Shown here in pieces: positions 10,064-20,113 of a stretch of 64,000 nt of DNA. The position numbers were made by a program, and so were the translations under genes. The stretch's first letter is position 1; each line of letters starts with the position of its first letter. The notes under the pieces are model-generated. The model had not been told where the DNA came from, did not search any database, and saw only the letters and a list, made by a program, of their open reading frames with translations. The stretch lies in NCBI GenBank assembly GCA_963677495.2, contig CAXXOU010000001.1:64001-128000 (forward strand). Reading direction: 5' to 3'. The stretch comes from Candidatus Cloacimonadales bacterium (GTDB lineage: Bacteria > Cloacimonadota > Cloacimonadia > Cloacimonadales > JAFGVF01).

Positions 10064-11133
10064 TATTTCTCCAGTAAAGTCGAGACAGATTTTGCAACAT
10101 TTTCGACAGATATTGAGTTAATACATTTGTAATTATAAGGACAGTTCGTTTGGTCACAAGGACAGCATTGTTCTTTATTGAAATGAACAATGTTTTTATC
10201 ACCAAGAGGACCGGAAATAGAGGGAAGATTGGGGCCCATTAATGCAATAGTCCTCACACCACTAACCCAAGCAATATGCATTGGTCCACTATCATTACCA
10301 ATAAACAGTTTTGATTTTGAGATTAGTTCTTGAGTCTCCTTAAGATTCATTTTACCTGCTAAGTCTTTGACATTATACCGGCAGTATTTAAGAATCTCTT
10401 GGTTCAATTGCTTGTCCTGAGGTCCACCAATAAGTTTAATCTGATTAGGAATCATGCCAAGTTCTGAAATGAGATTATCAATAAATAGTGAGAAATTCTT
10501 TGTTGGCCATCTTCTACCTTCGAAATCAGCACCTGCATGAATGATTATTGAGTTGTCAGTTTCACCTCTTTGGATATAATCAATACTTATTGGTTCTAAG
10601 CCCAATGAATCAAGTATAACATCACTTCTTCGAGCTAGGTGCAAATCCTTCATATCCAGTACTTGGGGATCGATCTTCAACCCAACAGCTTGGTATTTAA
10701 ATGAAGGAATATATGAAGTAGCAAAAGATGTAATATAGCCAAGTATCCTTCTACAACTCAATAATGCAACAATAGAGTGTCTTAAAGCCCAACCGGGAAT
10801 AATTATTAAGTCAAAGCTTTCTTTTCTGATAGCTTTGATTGTATGTAAGTAACTTGAATGTCCAATTATACCATCAATTGCAACCATATTAGCCATCAAA
10901 TCTTTGTAACTATAAGGGAAACAACCCCAAACCTCGAATCGTTCACTCTCTTTCAATCTATTTAGGAATGGGGTAAGACAAACCACGTCTCCAATGCCCA
11001 TTAGGTCAATTACAAGGATCTTACGAATCGATTGTTCCTTGCAGTTACTTGTTAAAGTCTGCTTAATAAAATATAGTATGGAGAAGGCAAACATTATTAT
11101 CTGTTTAGCAAGTTGTCTCGATATCTGTTTCAT
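10063..11133 (-). CDS. Glycosyltransferase family 9 (heptosyltransferase-like)
   Basis: GIGDVV, IHAGA...RRWP and FIGNDSGPMHIA motifs; C-terminal CxPC..C..C. Confidence 0.92.
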   Translation of the reverse strand: MKQISRQLAKQIIMFAFSILYFIKQTLTSNCKEQSIRKILVIDLMGIGDVVCLTPFLNRLKESERFEVWGCFPYSYKDLMANMVAIDGIIGHSSYLHTIKAIRKESFDLIIIPGWALRHSIVALLSCRRILGYITSFATSYIPSFKYQAVGLKIDPQVLDMKDLHLARRSDVILDSLGLEPISIDYIQRGETDNSIIIHAGADFEGRRWPTKNFSLFIDNLISELGMIPNQIKLIGGPQDKQLNQEILKYCRYNVKDLAGKMNLKETQELISKSKLFIGNDSGPMHIAWVSGVRTIALMGPNLPSISGPLGDKNIVHFNKEQCCPCDQTNCPYNYKCINSISVENVAKSVSTLLEK

Positions 11134-12392
11134 TATGATTCTATTATCTCAGCTAATTGATTGGCTTGGAATTCTCTAGAAAACTGGTATGAGTTTATCG
11201 TTTCCTCTTCTAGAGTAAATTTAACTATTTTTTGGATTGCCTCTTCCATTAGCTTTTTATTATCTGAAGGGACAGCAAAACCTAAATTGTAATCTTGTAT
11301 CAGTTTTTCTAGAATCCCACCTGAAGGGCACATAGCCAATATTGGTTTATTCAATCTAATGTACTCAAAGATTTTACCAGTGATTACACCTTTAGATTTT
11401 TCATCATTATTAACAATAATGACTAATACATCAGCTCCTGAAGCCATTTCCAACGCTTCATGATGATCTTTATATCCTAAAAAGCTAAAGAAATCATATT
11501 TACTTTTAATCGTTTCATGCATTTGTGAAGGAATAGTACCGATACTAATGAACTGAAAATCAAAAGGAAGTGTTAAATTGTCTAAAACCTCCATCAAAGG
11601 TAATGGAGATCTTTTAAAATCATATATCTTTCCCATATAAAAGAAAGTGAATTTATTGTATTTCATGGGTTTCAGATTCTTAAAATCATCTTCATCGTAA
11701 CCGTTTAGAATTAGTTTACTCTTTTGTTTCAGTGGTGGAACAAGTTCTATATACTCATCAAGAATTTGTTTAGTAGTGACTGTAAAATAATCACAACTTT
11801 TAAGAATATGTGTATCTAGCTTTTTAATTCTTTTCAAGCGAGCTAAGTTAACATTTTCCTCAAGTTTTGGTTCAAATTGCCATGAGTCTCTATAATCTGC
11901 AATATAGAATATGCGATCCCCAAGCTTTCTTTTCAACTTTAACCCAATAAGTTGTGCTGAGAAAGGAAAGGACGTGATAAAAACTGTCTTTATTTTCTCT
12001 TTTTTTATTACTTCTAATGCTTTTGCTGTTGCAAATGGAACCCACCCAATCTGCTTGTCATATGGGAAAATCATGTCATTAATGCTCTTAAAAACTTTCC
12101 AAGCAAATGCTTTTAGAAAATTCTTTTTTGCATTACTCACTGTTTCTTTAGTCTTAGCTATATAATCTCTTCCACTTCCTTTCAAACCAAAACTGGCTGT
12201 GTAATGAATCACAACATCCTCTGGAACATCATCACATAATGAGTAATCTAAGACAGTCTTGACAGGTTTTTTGGGAGTAATGACATGTACTTTATGCCCA
12301 GCTCTGGATAAATACTTTACAAATTTTAAGGCTCGCTGAACCCCACTTTCCCCTGTAGGAGGAAACTCATTAATTATCATTAATATTTTCAT
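11133..12392 (-). CDS. Glycosyltransferase family 4-like
   Basis: FPPTGESGVQR, ADYRDSW, NGYDEDDF and TGKIFEY motifs. Confidence 0.88.
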   Translation of the reverse strand: MKILMIINEFPPTGESGVQRALKFVKYLSRAGHKVHVITPKKPVKTVLDYSLCDDVPEDVVIHYTASFGLKGSGRDYIAKTKETVSNAKKNFLKAFAWKVFKSINDMIFPYDKQIGWVPFATAKALEVIKKEKIKTVFITSFPFSAQLIGLKLKRKLGDRIFYIADYRDSWQFEPKLEENVNLARLKRIKKLDTHILKSCDYFTVTTKQILDEYIELVPPLKQKSKLILNGYDEDDFKNLKPMKYNKFTFFYMGKIYDFKRSPLPLMEVLDNLTLPFDFQFISIGTIPSQMHETIKSKYDFFSFLGYKDHHEALEMASGADVLVIIVNNDEKSKGVITGKIFEYIRLNKPILAMCPSGGILEKLIQDYNLGFAVPSDNKKLMEEAIQKIVKFTLEEETINSYQFSREFQANQLAEIIES

Positions 12393-13719
12393 ATAATACC
12401 TTATCGGATTTTAAATGAGTAATAGAATCACTTTTAGAAAGATTTGCCGTGTGATTAACCAGATACAGAATCAACCAGAAGAAAACATTGTTACCAACAT
12501 GACCACTTAGATTGGTATTCACAAATGAAGCAGCTAGAAGTCCAATTAACAAAAGGTTATCTAAATTGCGTAAATTTATTCTTTTTATATTCTTCACAGT
12601 GATTGTAATCATTATAATCAGAGCAAGCAATCCTAGTAACCCCATCTCTGAAGTTATTTCAGTAAAAAGGTTATGAGGATATTTTAGGAAATACTTATCA
12701 AAAGAGCCAAAACCTCCTCCAAATATCACATTTTGTCTGAATAGTTCGTAAGCCTGATATTGTGCTACTACTCTAGATAATGAACTCTTTTTACTACTTT
12801 GAGAACCTGAAAATCTTTCAAGAAAATCGGCTTCTGAAATTGAAATAACAAAACCTACAATAAGAATAAATACCATAGCAATGATGAGTAATTTCTTAAT
12901 ATTAAATCTGGTTTTATATACTATGATTATCATAATTGAAACAATAAATCCCAACAAAGGAGCTCTTGACCCGGTAGCTAGCATGAAAATGAATTGTGCT
13001 ATGCTTACAAAAGAGAGGTAAACTATACTTAAAACTTTATTTCTATAAGTGTATAGCAGAAACAGATTTGAGATTATTGAATATGAAAGATAACGTGCAA
13101 CCCAAATAGGATTAATCCCTAAAGTACTAAATCTGCCAAAATAAAACTTACCTATATGCATTCTTGGACTAAAAAGAGAAACGAAGCAAAGTGATAATAG
13201 AATTACTCCAAAAATATGTATAGCATAGAAAAGTTTCTTAACATCTTTTCTTTCATTTACTACTAGGTTAAGTACAAAGCAACCAATCAAAGTAAATGTA
13301 TAGTAAAGAAGTTTCTCAAAACCATAGTTTTTAGAAGTTGAAAAGGCTACAGTAGAGAAAAGCATCATTAAAAAGAACAGCACAATGGATAAGTTAAAGG
13401 GATGCAAATAAACCTTAACTTGCTTTTTCTTAATAATTGAGAAAAGAAACAATACAAAAAATGGGAACAAATAAAAGGAAACTACATGGAGGATGTTTGG
13501 GCTTGAATTTGTAATAACCTCAAATCCTCTAAGTAGAAAAATATTGCATAGGAATGCAAGTATTGCTCCTATTCCAGTGCTGAATTTGATTGTAACCAAA
13601 ATGCCCAATAGAGATACAATAAAAACGGACTCCATTGGGTAAATAATAATAGAACTAATAACTATTAAGATTGATATAATCGGGGGAAAATAATCTTTCT
13701 TTTCTATAAGAGTTTTCAT
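12370..13719 (-). CDS. O-antigen ligase/polymerase (Wzy_C) family membrane protein
   Basis: About 12 hydrophobic segments; TGSRAP, SSLSR and GGGFGSF...YPHNLF.EI..E.GLLG motifs. Confidence 0.85.
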   Translation of the reverse strand: MKTLIEKKDYFPPIISILIVISSIIIYPMESVFIVSLLGILVTIKFSTGIGAILAFLCNIFLLRGFEVITNSSPNILHVVSFYLFPFFVLFLFSIIKKKQVKVYLHPFNLSIVLFFLMMLFSTVAFSTSKNYGFEKLLYYTFTLIGCFVLNLVVNERKDVKKLFYAIHIFGVILLSLCFVSLFSPRMHIGKFYFGRFSTLGINPIWVARYLSYSIISNLFLLYTYRNKVLSIVYLSFVSIAQFIFMLATGSRAPLLGFIVSIMIIIVYKTRFNIKKLLIIAMVFILIVGFVISISEADFLERFSGSQSSKKSSLSRVVAQYQAYELFRQNVIFGGGFGSFDKYFLKYPHNLFTEITSEMGLLGLLALIIMITITVKNIKRINLRNLDNLLLIGLLAASFVNTNLSGHVGNNVFFWLILYLVNHTANLSKSDSITHLKSDKVLYENINDN

Positions 13720-15134
13720 TTCGCTAAACCATTTTTAAGTTGAAATATATACTTAAGTATTCTCTCTTTATCCCACAAGAACAGAATAGTTGCGAAAATG
13801 GACCATGATAGGAAATAGCAAACGAATTTGTTTAACCCAATATGAAACAATACGACACAAGTAATAATAGCTGAGATAGAAAGAAGAATTGGCTTTAGTG
13901 TATTCTTCATTAGTGATTTCATTTTATAGCTTACAATACTCAAATCAACCTTTAAGCGGATCATTCTAGTTAGCGTATCGCATAATGTAAACGCCACGAT
14001 AGCACCCAAAAAACCATAGAATTGAAAACCAAATATCAATGACAATAATCTCACTGATAGTAAAGAGAATGCATACACAAATCCAATTTCCGGTTTATTC
14101 TTTAATAGTGCTAAACCTGATAAAGGACTTTGTAGCATGTTTACCACCATAAATATGGGGAAATATTTCAAAGCTATATAAGCATTTTCCCAATCAGGAT
14201 TGAACATAAAACCTGAAATTTCATGAGAAAAGAAACTGATCCCAAAATAGATGGGCATGCCTAAAATTATAAAAATGTAATGAAGATTGTTTATTACTTC
14301 ATGTATAATTTTGTTATCACGATTATTAGATAAATATGGTAACATAACACTGGCTACTGATTTCATTATCATAACTGCAGGGACCGCGGTTAAGACAAGT
14401 GGCATTTGAAACTCAACTGCTAAATCTTTTCCCATAATAGTTAAGACAATAATGTTGGGAAGTTGCAACGCAAGATTAACTAAGAGGGCTTCACCACCAG
14501 AAAGAAGCATAAACTTCTTTGCTTTTTTATCGAAGATAGTGTTTTGCTTAATTGGTTTTACAAGCAATCTACCTGATTTATTACAGAAATAGCTTAACAT
14601 TGCCACTTCAATAATCTCAGAGATTAGTAAAGCTCCAATTAAAATTGGTAGTATACTTTTGATGAAAGCAAAACTTATTAAAACCACATTTAGTACTGTT
14701 TGACGTGATATCATTGCAATTGTTATCTGCTTGAATTTTATATCCCCCATCAGTCTAGTAATGAGAAATACTTTATAGACCTCGATGCATGCAATAATTG
14801 CAAATACAACGCCTCCCAGTGGTACACCAGCAAAGAATCTGTCTTTTAAAAAATAAAGTACACCTAGAAACACTGCTCCAAAAAATGAAGTGGTAAATAC
14901 TAATAAGTTCCAATATTTACCTCTAACAGATTTCTCTTCCGCTAAATACAATAGATTGATTCCCATCGGGATAATAGCAAATACTAGCAGAAGTACAGAT
15001 TGGAGAGATTTATATATGGCGATATCACCCTTAGAATAGTAATTGGCTAAAAAAGGTATGGTAATAAAACTTAGAACTCTTGCAAAAACATTACCAAATA
15101 GGTTCCAGAAACTAGATTTTATGAAGTCAGACAT
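13716..15134 (-). CDS. Oligosaccharide flippase (Wzx family)
   Basis: Polytopic membrane protein; start SSFWNLFGNVFARVLSFITIPFLANYY; polysaccharide cluster context. Confidence 0.82.
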   Translation of the reverse strand: MSDFIKSSFWNLFGNVFARVLSFITIPFLANYYSKGDIAIYKSLQSVLLLVFAIIPMGINLLYLAEEKSVRGKYWNLLVFTTSFFGAVFLGVLYFLKDRFFAGVPLGGVVFAIIACIEVYKVFLITRLMGDIKFKQITIAMISRQTVLNVVLISFAFIKSILPILIGALLISEIIEVAMLSYFCNKSGRLLVKPIKQNTIFDKKAKKFMLLSGGEALLVNLALQLPNIIVLTIMGKDLAVEFQMPLVLTAVPAVMIMKSVASVMLPYLSNNRDNKIIHEVINNLHYIFIILGMPIYFGISFFSHEISGFMFNPDWENAYIALKYFPIFMVVNMLQSPLSGLALLKNKPEIGFVYAFSLLSVRLLSLIFGFQFYGFLGAIVAFTLCDTLTRMIRLKVDLSIVSYKMKSLMKNTLKPILLSISAIITCVVLFHIGLNKFVCYFLSWSIFATILFLWDKERILKYIFQLKNGLAK

Positions 15135-16279
15135 TAGTTCTTATTTAATACTCCATGTTTTCTCAAAGAATCAAGAACTGATGTATACACTATTATTAAC
15201 ACTAGTGACATTGTAGAAACAAACACAATTAGCAAAGCTCTTTTAGGCTTGGATCTAAGTCCTGCTAACCTTGGTGAATCTATAATCTCCATACTATGAA
15301 CTGATTTTAACTCGTTTATTCTTGCAGTTTCATATATTGGAACCAGATGTTCATACATTAGTTCCTGTAATTTTTGATTTCTAATAAGCTTCTTATATGT
15401 ATATGTATATGTAGGAATTTTCGATAGATTTTTATGTAGCCCGTTTTCCTTATTACTTGATTCTATTTCCTTGATATGTTCAGTTATGAGTGAGTCTTTT
15501 AAAGCTAATTGTTTAACTATTGGAGAATCATGACCAAGAACATGAGATTTTAAGTTATAATCTAGTTCTAGCTTGTATTTTTCAAGAATTATCTGACTAT
15601 AATTATCTAATGCTGTATCTATCTGCTGATTGATTTGATAAGCACTATTATCTGATTGAAATCTCTTTATTGCTAAATCAGCAAGATGCAATTCTTCTTT
15701 AACTTCCTCAACTCTTTTCTCTAAAAACACTCTCACTTCTCTTTGCTTCTTAATATGTTCATTATTATAGTATTTATCAAGAAGTTGAAGTTGGTAATCA
15801 ACAAGATTAAGTGAAAGTTCTTTATCCTGAGTTGTCATAGACACTCTTATCAGTTCTGAAATTTCATCATATGAAACCTTAATAACTTTCTTTGAATAGT
15901 TTTTTAGGGCAATATCCATGGCTTTCAGAGAATCAGGTTCAACGATATCAAAATATTTCATTAAATCAAAATTATTAATTGTATCTTCAGCAAATCTTCT
16001 TGATTTCAGAAGTTCAAAGCAATAAATATTGCTTCTCTCTGGGCTATTAGGATCAGTGAATAGATAGTTTAAGTTTGTTGCCGCACTACTGTTAATTCCA
16101 AGCTTGATATTCTCTGGTTTTAATGATCTAAAGACTGCCGATGAGGTAAATTGTTCCGGGACCAAAAATGCGTATAGAAAAGCAGCTATCGTGCAAACAA
16201 AAAAGCATAAAGAAATCATAACACGATATCTTTTTAAATGAGCGAAGAACCTAAAAGTGTCTAATGTGATTTCAAGCAT
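15134..16279 (-). CDS. Wzz/polysaccharide co-polymerase family protein (start revised to MLEITLD)
   Basis: N- and C-terminal transmembrane helices around a coiled-coil; IIDSPRLAGLRSKPKRA motif. Confidence 0.85.
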   Translation of the reverse strand: MLEITLDTFRFFAHLKRYRVMISLCFFVCTIAAFLYAFLVPEQFTSSAVFRSLKPENIKLGINSSAATNLNYLFTDPNSPERSNIYCFELLKSRRFAEDTINNFDLMKYFDIVEPDSLKAMDIALKNYSKKVIKVSYDEISELIRVSMTTQDKELSLNLVDYQLQLLDKYYNNEHIKKQREVRVFLEKRVEEVKEELHLADLAIKRFQSDNSAYQINQQIDTALDNYSQIILEKYKLELDYNLKSHVLGHDSPIVKQLALKDSLITEHIKEIESSNKENGLHKNLSKIPTYTYTYKKLIRNQKLQELMYEHLVPIYETARINELKSVHSMEIIDSPRLAGLRSKPKRALLIVFVSTMSLVLIIVYTSVLDSLRKHGVLNKN

Positions 16280-16280
16280 A

Positions 16281-17486
16281 TTAACGTAGTACCAACATTT
16301 GTTTCCAGACTTGTTTCCATTTTGCTCTATCTTCTGCATTTATCGAACTGATAACCAATACAATTATAGATACGAAAATGAATGACAAAAAAGTAGCAAT
16401 CACTACGAACTTCGCTCTTTTAGGTTTAGAACGCATTCCCGCTAATCTTGGATAATCTATAATACTAATATATTCTTTTTCTTTTAAGTATTCAAACCTG
16501 GATGCTTCTAACATTGGGTATAATGAAGTCGTTACTTTTTCTAAAATCCTAGTTCTAATATATAATCTAGCATATTGTTCTGTTATAGAAGGGATATTAC
16601 TTAAACCGAATACATACTTTGAATTAGATAACCCCTTATGTGATTCAAAATCTTGTATCTGTTTTTCCAAAAATTCATCTTCCATTAACAATCTTTTATA
16701 TTCAGGTGATTCCTTTGAATAATTCTCTTCAATAATCATTAACTCTAAATCATTTTCCATACCTGTTGCAACCATTTCGCTATAAGCTTGTAGTAAGATT
16801 TGCTGTTGACTATTTAAACTGATAAGATTGTTTTCCTTCTGAAAATCTTTCATTTGGATAAGAAGGTCATCATATTGCTTATTATATTCGATGAATCTCT
16901 GATTTAAGAAATTATACTCAGATTGTTTTTGTTCTTTATCTATAGCTGTTAACTTTTCTATAGACTTTACTCGATAGAAATTGCAGATATCAACAGATAA
17001 TTGCTTATCTTGTGTTTCCGAACGAACACTTATCACACCTGTTTCCTCAGACAAGTTAACTGAAACTATTTTTTTTAGCTTTAATAGAGCTATATCTAAT
17101 GCTTTTAAGTTGTCTTCTTCTTTTATTTTGAAGTAATTGGTCAGTTCAAATTCATTAATTACTTCCTCTTTAAAACTTCTAGAAGACATTATATTTATCA
17201 GTTTTTGGCCATCTCCTGACGAAGTCAAGGAACCTAACATACTATTTCCAATCATCGAAGTAATATTGTCAGGTATAGCTGATCCGATTGAATCGTTATC
17301 TCTTATCGAAAATGATGTTTTAGAAACCCAGTATTTGGGTAGTAATAGTGCAATTACTACTGATATTATGGCAAATACTGATGTCCATAAGACAATATTC
17401 CATTTCTTATTTACTAATATTAGCAAGTAATCTACTAGCTTTTTATTATCCATTCTGCTTTTCTTAACTCCTATAATAAGGTTCAT
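16281..17486 (-). CDS. Wzz/polysaccharide co-polymerase family protein, paralog of the adjacent gene (start may be the ATG at 17453)
   Basis: LLLPKYW after TM1; IIDYPRLAGMRSKPKRA before TM2. Confidence 0.85.
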   Translation of the reverse strand: MNLIIGVKKSRMDNKKLVDYLLILVNKKWNIVLWTSVFAIISVVIALLLPKYWVSKTSFSIRDNDSIGSAIPDNITSMIGNSMLGSLTSSGDGQKLINIMSSRSFKEEVINEFELTNYFKIKEEDNLKALDIALLKLKKIVSVNLSEETGVISVRSETQDKQLSVDICNFYRVKSIEKLTAIDKEQKQSEYNFLNQRFIEYNKQYDDLLIQMKDFQKENNLISLNSQQQILLQAYSEMVATGMENDLELMIIEENYSKESPEYKRLLMEDEFLEKQIQDFESHKGLSNSKYVFGLSNIPSITEQYARLYIRTRILEKVTTSLYPMLEASRFEYLKEKEYISIIDYPRLAGMRSKPKRAKFVVIATFLSFIFVSIIVLVISSINAEDRAKWKQVWKQMLVLR

Positions 17487-17571
17487 TGTAGAATTTTGTT
17501 TCGCGTTAATTAGTCAAGAAAAACATATAGAGGTTTAAGTCTCAACAATGCAATCGATTTCTAAAAATTAA

Positions 17572-19743
17572 TTATTTTATCATAACTAGTTTTTTGACTT
17601 CACTATCTCCACAATTCTGAATTCTGCAAAAATATGTTCCTGAAGCTAAACATCGATTTTTAGTATCTTTGCCGTTCCAAGTGAACTTGTTTCTTCCAAC
17701 GGAATAATTCTGCTTATGAGAGAAAACCAATTCTCCTCTTATGTTGTAAAAACTAATATTTGTCTCATCATTACTTAAGACATTGAAGCTAATAGTAGTT
17801 GTAGGATTAAATGGGTTTGGATAGTTATTTAAACTAAGTCTGTTATCTAGACTCGGTTGAGAACTTTCATCTAAACTAACTATATCAGCAAGTAGAATAT
17901 GGGGGTAGCCATCGTTAACCTCAGAATCGATACTCCAATAATCATCGTCTCCGTTGATTGTCTCATCTAGCATGTCCCAACCTGCACCCACATATGTCGA
18001 AAAGTCTTTCATGTCATTTGTTGTAAGCCCAATTGCACCATAATTTGACCCGCTCATACCAGTTACTTCCATATCCCAAAATGAAGAGTTGAATGATCTT
18101 TGAGAAATACCGGCTATTGCATATGTGTTTTCATCACCGTATACCAATGTTGTACTATATATGAAGCTTATGTATCCATTAGCACTTCCAAAAACTCCAC
18201 CTACATAGTTTGAACCTGTAACTTCACCTCTAGTATAACAATTATTACAGCTACCATATGTAGTAAGTTTACCGACCAATCCTCCAACATACTCACTTGC
18301 AGCAACTGTACCGGTAAAGGATGAATAATCAATATTGCTATCAATACTGAACCCGACTAAACCACCACAATTACTAGCACCATAAACTTGACCTGAAGTT
18401 TTACAATTATAGATTGCACTATTAACATCAAATCCTGTTAATATGGCACAATCCCATCTACCGTTAACATACCCATCATTTATAATAAGATTCTCAATTC
18501 TTGCATGTTTCGATAGGCCAAAAAATCCCACTCTGTTGTATCCACTGTAATGTAATGAAAAAGATTCTACTGCAAAACCTGCACCATCAAACCTTCCATC
18601 GAAATAAGGGAAAAATAATTCATGAATACTAGATAGGTTCAAATCATTAGTTAACTTGAAAGCGTAATTATCTATCTGTGCGAATACAATTGCAGTTCGA
18701 AGATCTCCAGGTGTCGAGATTAAGTAATAGTCTCCATCATTTAGAAAAGAACTTGCTATATCAAGAGTTAAATCATTTAACATCCACTCACTATAGATTT
18801 CTGATGACATAGCTCCCAAAAGCCACTTGGCTGAGTTGTTTATCGTTGAGTCATTATAGTCATAAAAGCTATTTCTTACTTCAGATTCATGTAATTCAAT
18901 TATTGCACATAATATACCCAATTTTGTTTCACCACTAATAGATGCGCTAGTATAACTGTTAGATATCTGGCTGTGTTCAACCCTTGCAACAAGTCCTGCA
19001 AGTGTATGTGTACCAGATATTGATACTGAACTGTTACAGTTTTCTATTAAACTATCATCTGCCCTTCCGGCTAACCCGCCTAGATCATTTGAACCTTGTA
19101 TTACTACAGAGCTTGTGCAACCTCTTAGGATTGATTCATTGCGCATGTATCCTACAAAACCACCCCCAAGATTGTTACAGACGATTTCACAGTCCACAAC
19201 ACAGTTCTCGATTGTCGTTTCACTACAGGCCCCAATCAATCCTCCAACATGTATAGTGGCATCTAGAGTTCCTGATACAGAGCAGTTATTAATATAAGAG
19301 GTGTCACTTAAACCAACTAATATTCCGGTTTCCCATCCTCTGGATAGAACAGTTGCATCATTTAGGTGAACATTTTGGATAGTTGCTGAGAAAATATAAC
19401 CAAAGAATCCTAGATTACAAACAAAATTTAATTCTGAAGCATCCAAGTTTGATATAACATAATCATTACCATTATAAGAACCAGTAAACATTGTATCATC
19501 ATTACCGATAGGACTAAATCCTGCATAGTCATTCCAGCTTTCAGTATCAGATGCATCAATATCAGCAGTTTGAATAAAATGACTACTCCATGAACTATCA
19601 TTTGTACTAAACCATAGAAGATTATCTAATGTAGCAATTTGGTAAGGATCATTTTCTGTACCGGTTCCAATAGGTTGAACACCATCCGCAATAAGTGAAA
19701 ACACACAAAATGTAAGTAAAAGAGATAGAACAAACTTATACAT
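17572..19743 (-). CDS. Secreted GLUG-repeat protein with C-terminal FlgD-Ig/T9SS-like domain (start MYKF)
   Basis: Signal peptide; GTGTENDPYQIAT; repeated VGGLVG; NYPNPFNPTTTISF...WNGKD...ASGTYF. Confidence 0.85.
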   Translation of the reverse strand: MYKFVLSLLLTFCVFSLIADGVQPIGTGTENDPYQIATLDNLLWFSTNDSSWSSHFIQTADIDASDTESWNDYAGFSPIGNDDTMFTGSYNGNDYVISNLDASELNFVCNLGFFGYIFSATIQNVHLNDATVLSRGWETGILVGLSDTSYINNCSVSGTLDATIHVGGLIGACSETTIENCVVDCEIVCNNLGGGFVGYMRNESILRGCTSSVVIQGSNDLGGLAGRADDSLIENCNSSVSISGTHTLAGLVARVEHSQISNSYTSASISGETKLGILCAIIELHESEVRNSFYDYNDSTINNSAKWLLGAMSSEIYSEWMLNDLTLDIASSFLNDGDYYLISTPGDLRTAIVFAQIDNYAFKLTNDLNLSSIHELFFPYFDGRFDGAGFAVESFSLHYSGYNRVGFFGLSKHARIENLIINDGYVNGRWDCAILTGFDVNSAIYNCKTSGQVYGASNCGGLVGFSIDSNIDYSSFTGTVAASEYVGGLVGKLTTYGSCNNCYTRGEVTGSNYVGGVFGSANGYISFIYSTTLVYGDENTYAIAGISQRSFNSSFWDMEVTGMSGSNYGAIGLTTNDMKDFSTYVGAGWDMLDETINGDDDYWSIDSEVNDGYPHILLADIVSLDESSQPSLDNRLSLNNYPNPFNPTTTISFNVLSNDETNISFYNIRGELVFSHKQNYSVGRNKFTWNGKDTKNRCLASGTYFCRIQNCGDSEVKKLVMIK

Positions 19744-19822
19744 AATTCCTCCCAAGCTAAGTTCTTAGGTAAGATTGTATAAGTAAAAGTTTTGCTGTCA
19801 ATAGAAATAATTTTGATAAAGA

Positions 19823-19900
19823 TGGTCGGGATGACAGGATTCGAACCTGCGACCACTTGAACCCCATTCAAGTGCGCTACCCGGGCTGCGCTACATCCCG
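19823..19900 (-). tRNA. tRNA-Pro(GGG)
   Basis: Reverse complement CGGGATG...CTTGA-ATGGGGT-TCAAG...GGTTCGAATCC...CATCCCG-A-CCA; cloverleaf with encoded CCA. Confidence 0.96.
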
Positions 19901-20113
19901 ACTCATAAATCTACTTTTTAAGTACTATTTTTGTTGGCAAGGAAAAAGTGCTAAAACACTGTTAAGTATTCTCTAACAGATTTATTCTCATGTTTTTATT
20001 GATATCTTGTAACAATCAAGTATGTCAGGGCATAATAATTGCATGTGATTCTAATTAGGTTTTAACATAAAACTGATTATAATAGAGAAAAAGATATACA
20101 TAATGGAGGTATC

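Noticed and set aside
19626..19871. 81-aa minus-strand ORF
   Set aside because: It overlaps tRNA-Pro and the start of the GLUG protein gene; spurious.
19823..19900. tRNA-Pro as the integration site of an island
   Set aside because: I saw no integrase and no duplicated tRNA 3' end in the window.
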